Origin: an uncultured Verrucomicrobiae bacterium
Lineage (GTDB): Bacteria > Verrucomicrobiota > Verrucomicrobiia > Chthoniobacterales > UBA10450
Assembly: GCA_963756875.1 (NCBI GenBank)
Contig: CAVWPA010000003.1
Location: 1,280,001-1,344,000, forward strand
Direction of reading: 5' to 3'
Length of the DNA stretch: 64,000 bases
Made by a program: the position numbers and the translations under genes. Positions within the stretch are counted from its first letter, which is position 1. Each line of letters begins with the position of its first letter. Of this stretch, positions 1-10,843 are shown in pieces. The notes under the pieces are model-generated. The model made no database searches and had not been told where the DNA came from. It was given only the letters and a program-made list of their open reading frames with translations.

Positions 1-3000
1 CCCCGTTGGCGCAAACTACTGATGACGCGCTGGTGGTGATCGAGTCGATACGAATGCCGCTGACGCCTGCTGCCGTCGAGTTGCTATCGGTCCCCACGCG
101 CCAACGCAATTTAAAGCTCTGTGTCGCTGTCTGTGACGGGAGGTTGACTGTTGTCGTTATGTAAGCGGGCGAGCTAGTGGTCCCGGCCGAGAGCGCGCTC
201 CATGCCTGACGGCCGCCGAGCGGATTGCCGGAACTGCTACTGATGGTGCGGTTGTAGCCGCCCGAGGCAAAACTGCCGCCCGCCGTAATGATGTCGGTAA
301 AGTTGGCGCCGCCATCGAAACTGATCTCGAGCACCATCCCGTCATATCCGACCGTGGCGTCCTGCACCTCGAGGTTGAACAGGTTCCGGAACGTGAGTTT
401 CTGCGCCGGCTGAAAAATCGCCGACACAAGATCGACGGTGCCCGCTGTGGCATTGTCGGGGCCAAAGGCATCGTTAGGCGACGAATCGGGCGTGGCCGTG
501 GATGTGACAAAGTTGACAGAGCCCACCGTATGCGCCGAGGTCCAGCCGCTTGGGAGAGCGGGCGCGGACTACCCCATCGAAATTCTGTGTGTCAACTGTC
601 GCTAACCCGCCGGGTGCGCCCAGTTGCATGGTAAACGTGACCGTGCCGAGATTCGTCGCGCCATCCTGCAGTCAAGCGTGAGCGTGATGTTGTTGCCGCA
701 CGCGCCGGTCGCGGTGAAAGTAAACGAGCGCGCGGCGGAGCCGCCGTTTCCCGGAATTACTCCGTAGTTTTGCGGACCGTTTGGATTGGTGACGCCGCCG
801 GTTGCATCAGTGTCGCAATCAGATTGCTCGTGTCGCTGCCGCCATTGTTTATCAATGGCAGGCTGACGGTGACAGTTTCTCCCGGGTCTACCGCGTTGTT
901 GGCCGGCGCGTAGCTTTCAGCCGTCAAAATGGCCGGGGGAGCCGCCGCGATCAGCGCACCGCAGCAAACAAAACCATTAGAGACGCGAACGCCGTCAATG
1001 CTCCAACCGCTGAGACCGACGCTGGTATCAGATCCCATTCGGAACTGCAGTTTGATGGTTTGTCCGGCGACATGTGGACCCAGGTTTGCCACTGTCGTGA
1101 CGTAGCCGCCCGAACTGCCGCTCCAGGCCTGGCGTCCTGCCAACGGATTGCTGTAGTGCGTGTCGATCGTGGCGGTGTAACCGCCACTGACAAAACTGCC
1201 GCCGACAGTTGGATCGGTGATATCGGTAAACGCGCCGCCGTTGATGTTGGGAGAAGAAACTTCAAGCACGCCGCCGTCGTACGTGCTCTCCAGGTTATAG
1301 CTGTTTCGGAAGCTCACCTGCGCCGCGCTCGACGTGATCGCGATACTGGGTGTGTCGAGCCGCTTGTCACTTACGCTTGTCGGATCGTCAACGAACGCGT
1401 CGTTCGGCACGGTGTCAGCGCTGGTGGTTGAAGTAACCCAAAGCGGGGCTGCACCGGCAGCGTTGGTTGCCACCCAGTTCGCAGGCAAGGCCGGCGCCGC
1501 CACGCCGTCGAAATTTTCCGAAAGCGCTACGTTCATCATGCCCGTGGTGAAATTGTAAGTGACTGTGCCGAGATCGGTGCCGCCGTCCTGTAACTGCAGC
1601 GTGGCCACCAACGTCGAGCCGCATGCAAGATTGTCGGCGGTGAACGTGAACGATCTGTACACCGTCGCGCCGCCGGCAACGACTACGCCGTAATTCTGCG
1701 GTGCGCTCGGGCTGGTTACGCCGCCCGTGGCTTGCAAAGTCGCCGTGAGGTTGCTCGTATTGGCGGACCCGGTGTTTTTAATGCCAAAGCTCACCGTCAC
1801 AGTCTCGTTAGGATCAATGACCCCGTTCGAGTTGCAGTTGTCCGTGGTCACAGTCGCGTTGTCCGCGACGACAACCGGCACTCCCATCAGGCAGGCATTG
1901 AACGTTGCCGTTCCGCCATTGGTCACTACCAGATTGCCCGATGTGACTGTGCCGAGATTGGGGCCGCTTACCGTGGCAGTATAAGTGCCGGGCGCCACAG
2001 TCGCACTGTAATTGCCGCTGGCATCGGTCATCCGGAAATAGCCACCCGTAATCTGCACGGTCGCATTGGAAATCGGCACCCCGGATGCGCAATCAGTTAC
2101 CGTCCCGGAAATCGTTCCGCGCGGTGAGACTGCCAGCGTGCCAGGCACGATTTTGGCGATGCGCGTATGCCAACTGGAGCTGCCCGACGACGGATAATAC
2201 TCCTGCGTGTACCAAAACGAACAATCGTCGGCCGGATCGACGGTCATATCGCTGTAGTCGCCCCAGCGCCCCGAGGTGCTGGTTTGCGAACCGGAGCCAC
2301 TGATGATCGTTTGTTCGCCCTGAGCAAGGCCGCTCCCGGCCGGATCGGTGCCTAACTTTGCGGCATAACGAATCGAAGGGAACACCGTGCTGCTCGATAC
2401 GCTGTAACCCACGGCAATGTCGCCTTGGAAATTCATCGCGCCGCTGCCCATCCAGCGCTGTGCAGTATCGCCCGGCGTGCCCGCCCAGGTCTGTTGCTCC
2501 GCAATCGTGAACGGCGCACTTGGCGATGTGCGGGTCAGTTCATAGAAACGGACGCCCGCGCGGTAAGCCGGATTCGTTGCAGCGTTAACCGTGTGGTTGA
2601 GGATCAATGTTTCGCTTGTGCCGAGGTTGCGGTACGCGAGCCGAAACATCAGCCGGTCGTTGATGGCATCGAGATAACTGCTGCTGCTCACCGAAGGTTC
2701 CGGAATAACATTTCTGGAGTTTGGTACCGTTACTGGATCGAACGCGGCAACCGTCAACGGGCTGCCGGTCCTTTCAACGAACGTCGAATTTGCCGGCGTC
2801 GTGAAATCGACGTGAAAATCGAAGATCCGCAGCCGATCCCCGGGATCGCCGAACTCATTCGCTTCAAAATATGCGAACGGACATGGCGCGCCGACCGGCG
2901 GCGGCGTCAAACCATCCACACACGCCGGTAACATCCCGCCGATGCCGTCCGGGCCGGTGTTGCCGGTTGACGGCGGATAAAGCACGGCCGTGTCGAAGTA

Positions 3001-4008
3001 CACGTAACTGGCCGTGGGATCGCCTGCGAGCATCTTCGCTCGGTCGAACGCAAAAACCCCGGCTTGTTCGAATAGGTTACCCGCCTGATTGAACTGGTTA
3101 TCGGTCATGTAGTAACCGTCCGGCCACACGCTTAACTTCGGATAATCGTTAAACTTGATGTTCGGCATCATAAAGTCGTAGAGATAATATGCGCCGGTCG
3201 GGTCGCCTGTTTTCGAAACGGCAATCAGTTGATGATTGTTCGGATTGATGACGCTCACGCAGAACTGGCTGATGATCCAACGATCGGCCAATTGATCGTA
3301 AAGAACGACTGGGTCGCCGTCGTTTGTGGTAGCGCACGGTCCTCCGAGTGGAGCGAACAGGCTGCTCAGCGCCGCCGTGTTGGTGAGCGGACTGCCTGTT
3401 TTGTTCCAGACGCGAAATGTCACGTTGACCGTCTGAACGTAATGGTTCGGGCCGACTGCACCGTTGGTATCGGGCGGCAGATAACCCTGGCCCAGCGAGA
3501 TCGTGTCGGCCTGCGAGGTGCCTTCGAAGCTCACCGCGGGAGTCGGCAAAGCCTGCGGCGTCGCCGCGCTCGCCGTCCCAACTCCCGGCCGAATCCTCTT
3601 CGCGTTGTTTGACGAAACCACTTTGTCCAGGCTGGGCGTGACTTTCGGGTCCACGTGACGAATGATTTCGCGGTTCTCCTCGTTGATTTCCTTCCCAGCT
3701 CCAACCGCACCACCGGCCATCGCGGGCGGCAGTTGATAAACCGACAACGACTCGGTGAACCCGGACGCTCGTACAACAATCGGTTTACCGGGACTCTTGG
3801 TCTGGCCGGTGGCGGACACGATCGTCAGTGCGAAACCGATTGCGCCGAGCAAACTGGCGGCAATTTGGGGGCTTGCTGTCCTGCTGTGGTTCCTGGTTCG
3901 GATAATCGTGGTTTCCAAAAAAGCTAATTCCTGGCGGCTTTTCCCTGACCGGTCCCTGCTGGAGAGCCTCTTACTTGTGCCAAAAAACCGAGTCAAAGTC
4001 GAGCCCAA
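1..4008 (-). CDS. Large secreted multidomain protein (conserved PPDTNGAVGPNHYVQ domain, carboxypeptidase-regulatory-like beta domain, repeated beta-sandwich modules); runs off the left edge, frameshifted below ~805
   Basis: ORF 757..4008 has an N-terminal hydrophobic segment. The module DPxETVTV...TSNLxATL..TGGVT..PQNYG...NFDGV.APALP occurs once in frame and again across several 1-nt indels below 805. Bases 1-120 still read ...FKLRWRVGTDS...GIRIDSI..., paralleling KLQFRMGSD...WSIDGV. Confidence 0.75.
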
Positions 4009-4018
4009 AATCCTCCCT

Positions 4019-4041
4019 GTAGAGGCGGCCGTGTCGGCCGC
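4019..4041 (+). repeat. GTAG-type REP-like palindrome
   Basis: GTAGAG-GCGGCCG-TGT-CGGCCGC. A near-identical copy is at 35262-35284, and related GTAG hairpins are at 29315-29338 and 62327-62355 (minus). Confidence 0.65.
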
Positions 4042-4111
4042 GAAGCAGTTAGGCCGACGACTGCATATATATTAAGAGTACCGGCGGCAGGCGTTGAATA
4101 TTGGACCTTTG

Positions 4112-4180
4112 CTTCTCTGCTTCTCTGCTTCTCTGCTTTCTCTGTCCTCTGTCCTCTGTCCTCTGTCCTCTGACTTCTGC
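4112..4180. repeat. Short tandem repeats (TTCTCTGC x3, CTCTGTC x4)
   Basis: Directly visible 7-8-mer tandem repeats. Similar tracts occur in many intergenic regions, e.g. ~15920-15975, 54470-54510 and 55270-55295. Confidence 0.85.
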
Positions 4181-4197
4181 CGGCCAGCGGCCGTCCG

Positions 4198-4839
4198 CTA
4201 GCTCCGCGCCGGGGTGCGAAATTTGCGAGGTCGCCGTTGCTGTTGCTGCTGTTGCCGCGGACTTGCCCGCTGTTCATCCGGAATCTTTATCTCGAACGAG
4301 CGGAAAAGGGGCGCCAGATCGATCACCTCGTTGGCGGCGGATCTTAATATGTTGCCGAGATTTTGCGCGACGGACGCCACTTCCACCCGGATGCCGCGCC
4401 GCCGCAGCTTGGTAGCGAGATAAGCGAAATCGGTATCGCCGGTCACAAGAATGACGACATCCGGTTGCATCTCGACAGATAGTTCCAGCGCGTCGATCGC
4501 CATCATCACGTCGACGTTCGCTTTGTAATGACCCTCCTCGGCGGGCGACCCATCTTTGGTGACGGCCATGAATCCGTTAGAACGGAGCCAATGCACAAAC
4601 TTGTTCTTTTTGTCGCGCTCTTCCTGCCAAATCGGTATCGCCGGTGGGAGCCCGGCATACACCACCATCTCGACCAGTTCTCGTCCGGTGCTGGGCCCCG
4701 CCAAAAATTCGCGTAGCTTCAGCCAATCCAGGCCGCGCCCGGCGGTGCGCACGGAGCTGCCAATATTCGATTCATCCACCAGCACCAATAACCTCGGCCG
4801 TGCCGGTTCTTCGTGACTTTTCCCTCGCATGTTTGGCAC
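4198..4839 (-). CDS. NYN domain (LabA/DUF88, PIN-like) protein
   Basis: Motifs VLVDESN, KANVDVMMAID, LVTGDTDF, GIRVEV and L...A.E.IDL are typical of NYN domains. Confidence 0.85.
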   Translation of the reverse strand: MPNMRGKSHEEPARPRLLVLVDESNIGSSVRTAGRGLDWLKLREFLAGPSTGRELVEMVVYAGLPPAIPIWQEERDKKNKFVHWLRSNGFMAVTKDGSPAEEGHYKANVDVMMAIDALELSVEMQPDVVILVTGDTDFAYLATKLRRRGIRVEVASVAQNLGNILRSAANEVIDLAPLFRSFEIKIPDEQRASPRQQQQQQRRPRKFRTPARS

Positions 4840-4982
4840 TGGCTTTATCGCTCGTTCCTAACAACTCTCAACTAAGATTCGTGAATCGAGCGGCTCTCCT
4901 CTGTGGCTGCAGGCGTGCCGCCTGCGCGGTCCGGCCTCTGACCGAAGTTTACCCGCCGTGGCAGGACTTCCGACTTCAGTGC

Positions 4983-5270
4983 TTAGGCTGCTTTTTTCTT
5001 CGCCGCGACCTTTTTTTCGACGATGATGCCTGGAAATTGCACAACCGGCGCAGGCTCGCTATTCCCATTCTGGCCGAAGGTCGACTCGAACGCGAGCTTG
5101 CCATTGGCGATCTCAGTGAGGGCGATATCGGCATGACCGAGCCCGGGGATATATTCTACTAGCGGGCGATGCCCCAGACAGAGTTGCCGCACGCGGCGTG
5201 AGACCATGTTCACGAGAATTTGCTGATTGGGAATAATTTCGGAGGCGGCTTTAACGAGATCGGCTTTCAT
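4983..5270 (-). CDS. rpoZ: DNA-directed RNA polymerase omega subunit
   Basis: MKADLVKAA...LVNMVSRRVRQL..GHRPLV...DIALTEIANGKL matches the omega pattern; ATG at 5270. Confidence 0.75.
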   Translation of the reverse strand: MKADLVKAASEIIPNQQILVNMVSRRVRQLCLGHRPLVEYIPGLGHADIALTEIANGKLAFESTFGQNGNSEPAPVVQFPGIIVEKKVAAKKKAA

Positions 5271-5484
5271 AATTAATAACTGACTTCTGCACGGCACCAA
5301 TATCGCACCGCAGTCGTGTGGCTTTGGCGCGCAGGAGGACATCCCCTGACTTTTAATTTCAGCCTTTCTGCTCTTTACTTCCGAAAAGCCGGTCTAACTA
5401 TCGCCCATAACACGCGATTCACAACCTCGAATCTCACTCCGACATTGAGCGCCTGCTACCGAGGAGTTTCGGACTTGGACGCCC

Positions 5485-5925
5485 TCACTCCTTCGCTTCC
5501 TGGTTCTTGCTCCCTGCCGTCCGCACCGTCAGCATCAGTCGGCCATACACTCTGCGGCACGTTGCTTTGGCTTGATGATCGCCGCGCTCAAATCTCCGTT
5601 CCGTCGAATGGCTTTGACCAACACGCGTCCAGGTGGTTTCTCTTGCGGCATTCGCTTTTAGAAATCTGGCGATCTCTTTTTCCGAAAGATCTGTACGATC
5701 GAATCGAGAATACCTTTCCAAAACGCTCCGGCGATTGACGAAAACTACAAAATAAAGATACCGGCCCCTGTGATAAAGCACGCTGACGCTTCCGTCGTCG
5801 CGCAAGTGCCGCTCGACAATGTTGCCATAGGACTCCTCAATTCTCTCGTCATTATCGCCCAGATTAGCGCGGACCGAGCTGGCACCGGTCAAAACTATTG
5901 CAAACAGGAGCAGATATCGCTTCAT
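5485..5925 (-). CDS. Hypothetical secreted protein
   Basis: 146 aa with signal peptide MKRYLLLFAIVLTGASSVRA. Confidence 0.7.
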   Translation of the reverse strand: MKRYLLLFAIVLTGASSVRANLGDNDERIEESYGNIVERHLRDDGSVSVLYHRGRYLYFVVFVNRRSVLERYSRFDRTDLSEKEIARFLKANAARETTWTRVGQSHSTERRFERGDHQAKATCRRVYGRLMLTVRTAGSKNQEAKE

Positions 5926-6074
5926 GATGATTCATCCCACAGTTTTCGTTTTCTATCCTCTGACTTTTAGCTCAACCCTTTGCTCTTCGCGCCCTCATAT
6001 TTGTTCTTGTGTGGCGGCGGCGCGCCTCTACGATCATGCCCGCCCGACGCAAACATTTACCGGAGATCATAGCC

Positions 6075-6719
6075 ATGAAAACATCTCAAAAACTTTCGAC
6101 GTTCGCCGGCGGAATCGCCGCGTTCTGTTTATCCGGACTAATGCTGTTCGCAGCGGAACCGACCGAGAACTGCTGGCCGTTCACGGTAGGCAACACGTGG
6201 ACGGTGGAAACCAAGGTCAACGACAAGTCCATTACCCAGGTGCTCACCGTCACAAAAGTGACTCCTGGCGAAGCGGGGGCATCGGACGCCACGATCGAGT
6301 ACAAGGTGGGTGACAACGTTGTCCAGACGGAGATTTACCGGTTCGACGCCAAGGGTATCACGCGCGTAAGCAGTGGAGCCAGTGGCGGGAATACCATTAC
6401 CCCGCCGATTCCAGTGGTGCAATACCCCATGGTGGCGGGCAAGAAATGGAGTTGGAAGGGAACGGTCAAGAGCGGCGATCAGGAAATGCAGGCGACTGCG
6501 GATTTTTCGACCAGCGGCCCCGAATTGCTCAAGCTTGCGTCGGGAGAATTTCAGGCGATGCGCGTCCATTCGAACCTTGTGGTGACACAACCCGGCGGCG
6601 AGAAGGCGGAGTTCCCAAATGACTACTGGTTTGCGCCGGGGGTCGGCATGGTGCAACAGTCGGCGAAGTTTGGCGACATCTTTGTCAAAGGTGAGCTGAC
6701 CAGTTACAAGGTGAAATAA
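6075..6719 (+). CDS. Hypothetical secreted beta-rich protein
   Basis: ATG at 6075 gives a signal peptide; has WPFTVGNTW and a C-terminal YWFAPGVGMV motif. Confidence 0.75.
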   Translation: MKTSQKLSTFAGGIAAFCLSGLMLFAAEPTENCWPFTVGNTWTVETKVNDKSITQVLTVTKVTPGEAGASDATIEYKVGDNVVQTEIYRFDAKGITRVSSGASGGNTITPPIPVVQYPMVAGKKWSWKGTVKSGDQEMQATADFSTSGPELLKLASGEFQAMRVHSNLVVTQPGGEKAEFPNDYWFAPGVGMVQQSAKFGDIFVKGELTSYKVK

Positions 6720-6800
6720 GAAGAGCGCCGGGATCAGGGACTCGTTTTTGCAGATATTGAGTCAACTCGCTCACACCTAATGCGAGCGCGAGCCCGGATC

Positions 6801-7277
6801 TTATTTTGCCTCGAGCAACGTGCCGCGGCAATTCGCAGCACCGCAGTGACAGGGGGATTCCTGCTCGATCTCTTCCGTGCGCGGTTCGTCCACCTGCAAG
6901 GCGTAATCGTAAAACAGTTCTTCGCCTGGTTGAATATCGCGCAATGCATGGATGAAAACGCGATCGTTTTCGTCCTCGATCGCTTCGCAGTTCGGCTCGC
7001 AGGAATGGTTGATCCAGCGCGCTTCATTTCCGCCGATCTCCGGGTCGATAACGTGAACGCCATCATCGAGTCCAAACAAAAACGTGTGCGAATCATCGAC
7101 ATCCTTCGGAACGTTTTTCCACAGCACTCGTTTGCCCGTGTATTCAATGATACAGGTATCCTTCGGAATGCGGCGCGTGGCATAGACGCCGAGACCGTGC
7201 ACGCCGGAAGCGCGGACTTCAATGCACGTTAGAGGTCGATCGCTGACTGTTGAGAGCTCGGCTGTTTCAGTAGTCAT
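6801..7277 (-). CDS. SET-domain protein-lysine methyltransferase with post-SET zinc motif
   Basis: Motifs HGLGVYA, IIEYTG, RWINHSCEPN, GEELFYDY and post-SET CHCGAANCRG. Confidence 0.92.
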   Translation of the reverse strand: MTTETAELSTVSDRPLTCIEVRASGVHGLGVYATRRIPKDTCIIEYTGKRVLWKNVPKDVDDSHTFLFGLDDGVHVIDPEIGGNEARWINHSCEPNCEAIEDENDRVFIHALRDIQPGEELFYDYALQVDEPRTEEIEQESPCHCGAANCRGTLLEAK

Positions 7278-7428
7278 ACTAGTACAGAATTAATCGGAGT
7301 TCGAATGCCAAACGGCCGCCGGATCAGGCTGACGCCATCGCAATCTGCGTATGTAACCGTGAGTTCGGGGCAACGCAAACAGGCCGGTCTTTGGACGACT
7401 CCATGTCGATCCACGATTTAAAGTAATG

Positions 7429-7533
7429 CTATTTCGCCGGCTTCTTTTTCTTTTTAGCGAGCGCGAGGCGCTCCGTCTTTTTACGGCGTGCCGCGCGTTT
7501 CTTAACGTTGTCTCGGCCTTGGCTGTGTCCCAT
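7429..7533 (-). CDS. Small Lys/Arg-rich protein (34 aa), not in ORF track
   Basis: Read by hand: MGHSQGRDNVKKRAARRKKTERLALAKKKKKPAK*, ATG at 7533, TAG at 7429-7431. Confidence 0.55.
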   Translation of the reverse strand: MGHSQGRDNVKKRAARRKKTERLALAKKKKKPAK

Positions 7534-7689
7534 AAGGCCTTACACTCGCCCACCTGTCGCCCCGTAGCAATGGCACGGGCGGTTCCGCGCTTTCCAAAAC
7601 TTTCGCCCGTAGTGTATCCAGGGCGCGACTTGAGAACTTGACTGCTTTATTCCGCATTCAGTCGGTCCATTTTCCCATCTGCTTCGAGA

Positions 7690-9111
7690 CTAGGTCAGCG
7701 GGCCCAGCGGGCGGACCATGCTTTCCTTCCATCGCTGCCAGCGCGAGCGGCGGGCAAATTCCTCCGGAACGATGCGACGGGAGCTTTCCATGTCTTTCGT
7801 CAATACTCTTTCAAGAACAATCGCCGTCGCCGGATCGCGCACGAGTGCGTTCAGTTCGAAGTTTAACCGCATGGAACGCACATCGAGATTCGCGGATCCT
7901 ACCATCAGCCATTCTTCATCCACGAGCGCGACCTTGGCGTGATTAAAACCCGCCTCGTATTCGTAAATCCTCACACCGTAACGCAACAGCTCCTCGTAAT
8001 ACGAACGTCCGATATTGACCAGCATCGGATGATCCGATTTGCCCGCGACCAGCATTCGCACATCGACGCCGCGTGCCGCGGCCAGCTGCAGCGCCGTTAG
8101 AAGAGGCTCGTTCGGACCGAAATAACCCGCCGTTAGCCAGACCCTGCGCTGCGCCGTGTTCAGCATCCAAACCAGCGACATCTCGATCGGATCGTCGGGA
8201 TCGTCCGGGCCATCGGTCATCGGTTGGACGATCAGACACTGCTCGCACTCCGGTGGAGGGTAGTATTCCGGCGCGAGCAGTTTTTCCTGCGTCGCGAAAA
8301 ACCAGTCGTCGGCGAAAATCATCTGGAACTTGCGCACCGCGCCGCCGCGGATCTCGATCTGACGATCGCGCCATGGTCCAATGGCCGGATCTTCGCCCGC
8401 GTAGTCGCGCCCCATGTTCATCCCGCCGACGAAACATCGGTGGCAATCGATAATCTGAAGCTTGCGATGATTTCGAAGCGTAAAGGTCCACTGATTACGG
8501 AATGGATGTGCCGTACGGAACCAGGCGAACTTGCCACCTGCCTCGGTCAGGCGCGTGAAATGGGAACGCCGCAACCCGAAACAGCCGATTGGATCGAGCA
8601 ACAACCGCACTTCCACGCCGCGCTGTGCCGCGGCCACAAGCCGCTCGAGCATGGCATTTCCCCGGGCATCGTCGCGCCAGATATAGAACTCGATGTGTAC
8701 ATGATGTCGCGCCTCGTCGATGCGTTGAGACAGGGCGGCATAAAATTCGACGCCGTCCGCAAGAAGGCGCGTCTCGTCCGCGCAGGATATCGCATACTCA
8801 TTCACTTCCGAAAGCAGCTCGACTTCCGTCCGCTCCTGCTGAGGCAAACTCTCGAGTAACGTCCGGGTGTCGGCGTTAATCCGGCGCTCGCCCCGCCCTC
8901 CGGAGGCATCCATTTCCCGCGTCGCGCGCAACTTTTGTCTGACCAGACGGTCCGTTCCAAAAGCGAAATAGAAAATCGCGCCGCCAAACGGAAACAAAAT
9001 GACGGCCCAGATCCACGCCAGCGTCGAGGCTGGCGGTTTATTGCGCGTTAGAATATGCGGAATGGTCGCCCACGTGAGCAGATATCCAATCCAGAGGTAC
9101 GACCAATGCAT
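7690..9111 (-). CDS. cls: Cardiolipin synthase (PLD family)
   Basis: N-terminal TM hairpin and two HKD motifs (NHRKLQIID; NHAKVALVD...GSANLD). Confidence 0.92.
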   Translation of the reverse strand: MHWSYLWIGYLLTWATIPHILTRNKPPASTLAWIWAVILFPFGGAIFYFAFGTDRLVRQKLRATREMDASGGRGERRINADTRTLLESLPQQERTEVELLSEVNEYAISCADETRLLADGVEFYAALSQRIDEARHHVHIEFYIWRDDARGNAMLERLVAAAQRGVEVRLLLDPIGCFGLRRSHFTRLTEAGGKFAWFRTAHPFRNQWTFTLRNHRKLQIIDCHRCFVGGMNMGRDYAGEDPAIGPWRDRQIEIRGGAVRKFQMIFADDWFFATQEKLLAPEYYPPPECEQCLIVQPMTDGPDDPDDPIEMSLVWMLNTAQRRVWLTAGYFGPNEPLLTALQLAAARGVDVRMLVAGKSDHPMLVNIGRSYYEELLRYGVRIYEYEAGFNHAKVALVDEEWLMVGSANLDVRSMRLNFELNALVRDPATAIVLERVLTKDMESSRRIVPEEFARRSRWQRWKESMVRPLGPLT

Positions 9112-9369
9112 CGGCGCCGAGCATCGCCTACTGCCCCGCTGTCATCCAGTCCATAAAAGAATGAGGTCAGGGCCGTTCGAACGGCCGGTAACCAACAACG
9201 AATATCTTCGTCAACCTCTCCTCTATATAAAGAACTGAAAATCTTAGTATTCTCAGGCGTGTCCGCCAGGGATTTCGAAACTATTTCGCGGCTAAGCCGG
9301 CGCCTGATAACTCAATTAGACGGATCGCTTGCGTAGCCGGTACAAACGCTGCTGCCTTTTAGGTGCAGC

Positions 9370-9741
9370 ATGAACGCGCCTGTCAGAATTTTGGCCGTCG
9401 ACAACGAACCGTCGGTCACCCTTTCCCTGAGATATGTTTTTGACGGGCCGCGATATGAAGTGCTCTGCGTAGACAACGGCAACGCTGCGCTGGCAAAACT
9501 AGGTGCCAGTGTGGATCCGTACGACCTGATTATCGTCGATGAAAAAATGCCGGACCTCACAGGTGTCGAGCTGGTCGGCGCGATGAGGGAACGCCACATT
9601 CCTGGCAAGATCATGGTATTGTCGGCATACCTTTCGCCGGAAATTCGCGAAGCATACGAGCGGATGGATGTGCGCGTCATGTTTGGTAAACCGTTTAACA
9701 TCGACCAACTGCGCTCCGCGGTAGATCGCCTCACCGCCTGA
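9370..9741 (+). CDS. Single-domain response regulator (receiver)
   Basis: ILAVDN, IIVDEKMPDLTG, VLSA and KP motifs. Confidence 0.9.
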   Translation: MNAPVRILAVDNEPSVTLSLRYVFDGPRYEVLCVDNGNAALAKLGASVDPYDLIIVDEKMPDLTGVELVGAMRERHIPGKIMVLSAYLSPEIREAYERMDVRVMFGKPFNIDQLRSAVDRLTA

Positions 9742-9829
9742 CCGAAAATTCTCAGCATTCGTGTCTGCACCGGGACGCGGTTGCTTCAATCTTCGATCTT
9801 CTGGCTTCCATCTGCAGATTTCTCCGTGT

Positions 9830-10780
9830 TCACTCGCCCGCTACAAGCGCGGTAGCCTTCGTCTCATCGCTCACCGCGACGCTGAAATGTTTTCCAATTC
9901 CCGCTGTTCCATCGACCGGCGTCTGGTCGTATATAATCGACCAGGTTCGGTAAGCCGGATCGTACTGCGGATCCGAATGTTCGTATTCGGCAGGATCGTA
10001 GCCGCGCGAGCGAGCGATTGCGTCGGCAAGATTAAGAACGTCCTGTTTCGTTAGGCGCACATTGGCGGTTAGCGACGATCTCATGTGCAATGACCGCGGC
10101 GGCCAAACCAGTAGCCGTAGAGAATTATCGATACCAATCCTGGGCTCGCCTGCGGTTGTCGCACGCCGAGGGCTTGTCACCGCGGACCCTCGCTTGGGCA
10201 GGTTGAGAGCCAAAGGTTGAGACGATTCTGTGATTGTGGATTTGGAACTTGGACCCTGGGCTTTCTCGGCCTCGGCCGAGACCGGTCCTTCTGCCGGTGT
10301 TTCCGGAACGGCTGGCGCGGCCGGTCGATTAGCGATCTCTGACCTCTCGGCTCTGATTTCGGACCTCTGGACTATGGCGCGCCAATGAGCATTTGCGCGG
10401 TAAGGCGCCGGGCCGGTTACCCACCGCGTCATTCGAACGCCGTCGACGAAAATGGCGTGATCCGTTTTGCCCCTCGAATGAACGTTTACCGGTCCGTTAA
10501 ATTTTCCTCGCTCCATGTGACCCCAGTAGCGGGCATAAAGCGCCGGCTCGCCGGAGCCGGTTTCGGTCGGCTCGATTGTGTACCAAGTGAGCGTGCCAAA
10601 CCCGTGGGCATAGCCTTCACCGTCTCGACTACCCGACCATGTCGCTTCGTCACCGGGCTTGGGATAGTTGTTCCAGACGAGCGTCCTGCCATCTTTGGTG
10701 CGTTGATAGGGACCGTTGCCGAACGCCAGATTGGCGAAGGCCAGCAGCATGGCGCAGAAAAAGAGGGGGCGCGCGGCCAC
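9830..10780 (-). CDS. Hypothetical secreted protein with MORN-like N-terminal region
   Basis: Signal peptide, WSG...GYAHGFGTLTW and YWGHMERGKFNG, followed by a low-complexity linker. Confidence 0.7.
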   Translation of the reverse strand: MAARPLFFCAMLLAFANLAFGNGPYQRTKDGRTLVWNNYPKPGDEATWSGSRDGEGYAHGFGTLTWYTIEPTETGSGEPALYARYWGHMERGKFNGPVNVHSRGKTDHAIFVDGVRMTRWVTGPAPYRANAHWRAIVQRSEIRAERSEIANRPAAPAVPETPAEGPVSAEAEKAQGPSSKSTITESSQPLALNLPKRGSAVTSPRRATTAGEPRIGIDNSLRLLVWPPRSLHMRSSLTANVRLTKQDVLNLADAIARSRGYDPAEYEHSDPQYDPAYRTWSIIYDQTPVDGTAGIGKHFSVAVSDETKATALVAGE

Positions 10781-10843
10781 AGCGATGATTGTGACGGAAC
10801 TATCACAAATGACAACTGTCGCGAAGTAACCGAGCGGTGCCGT

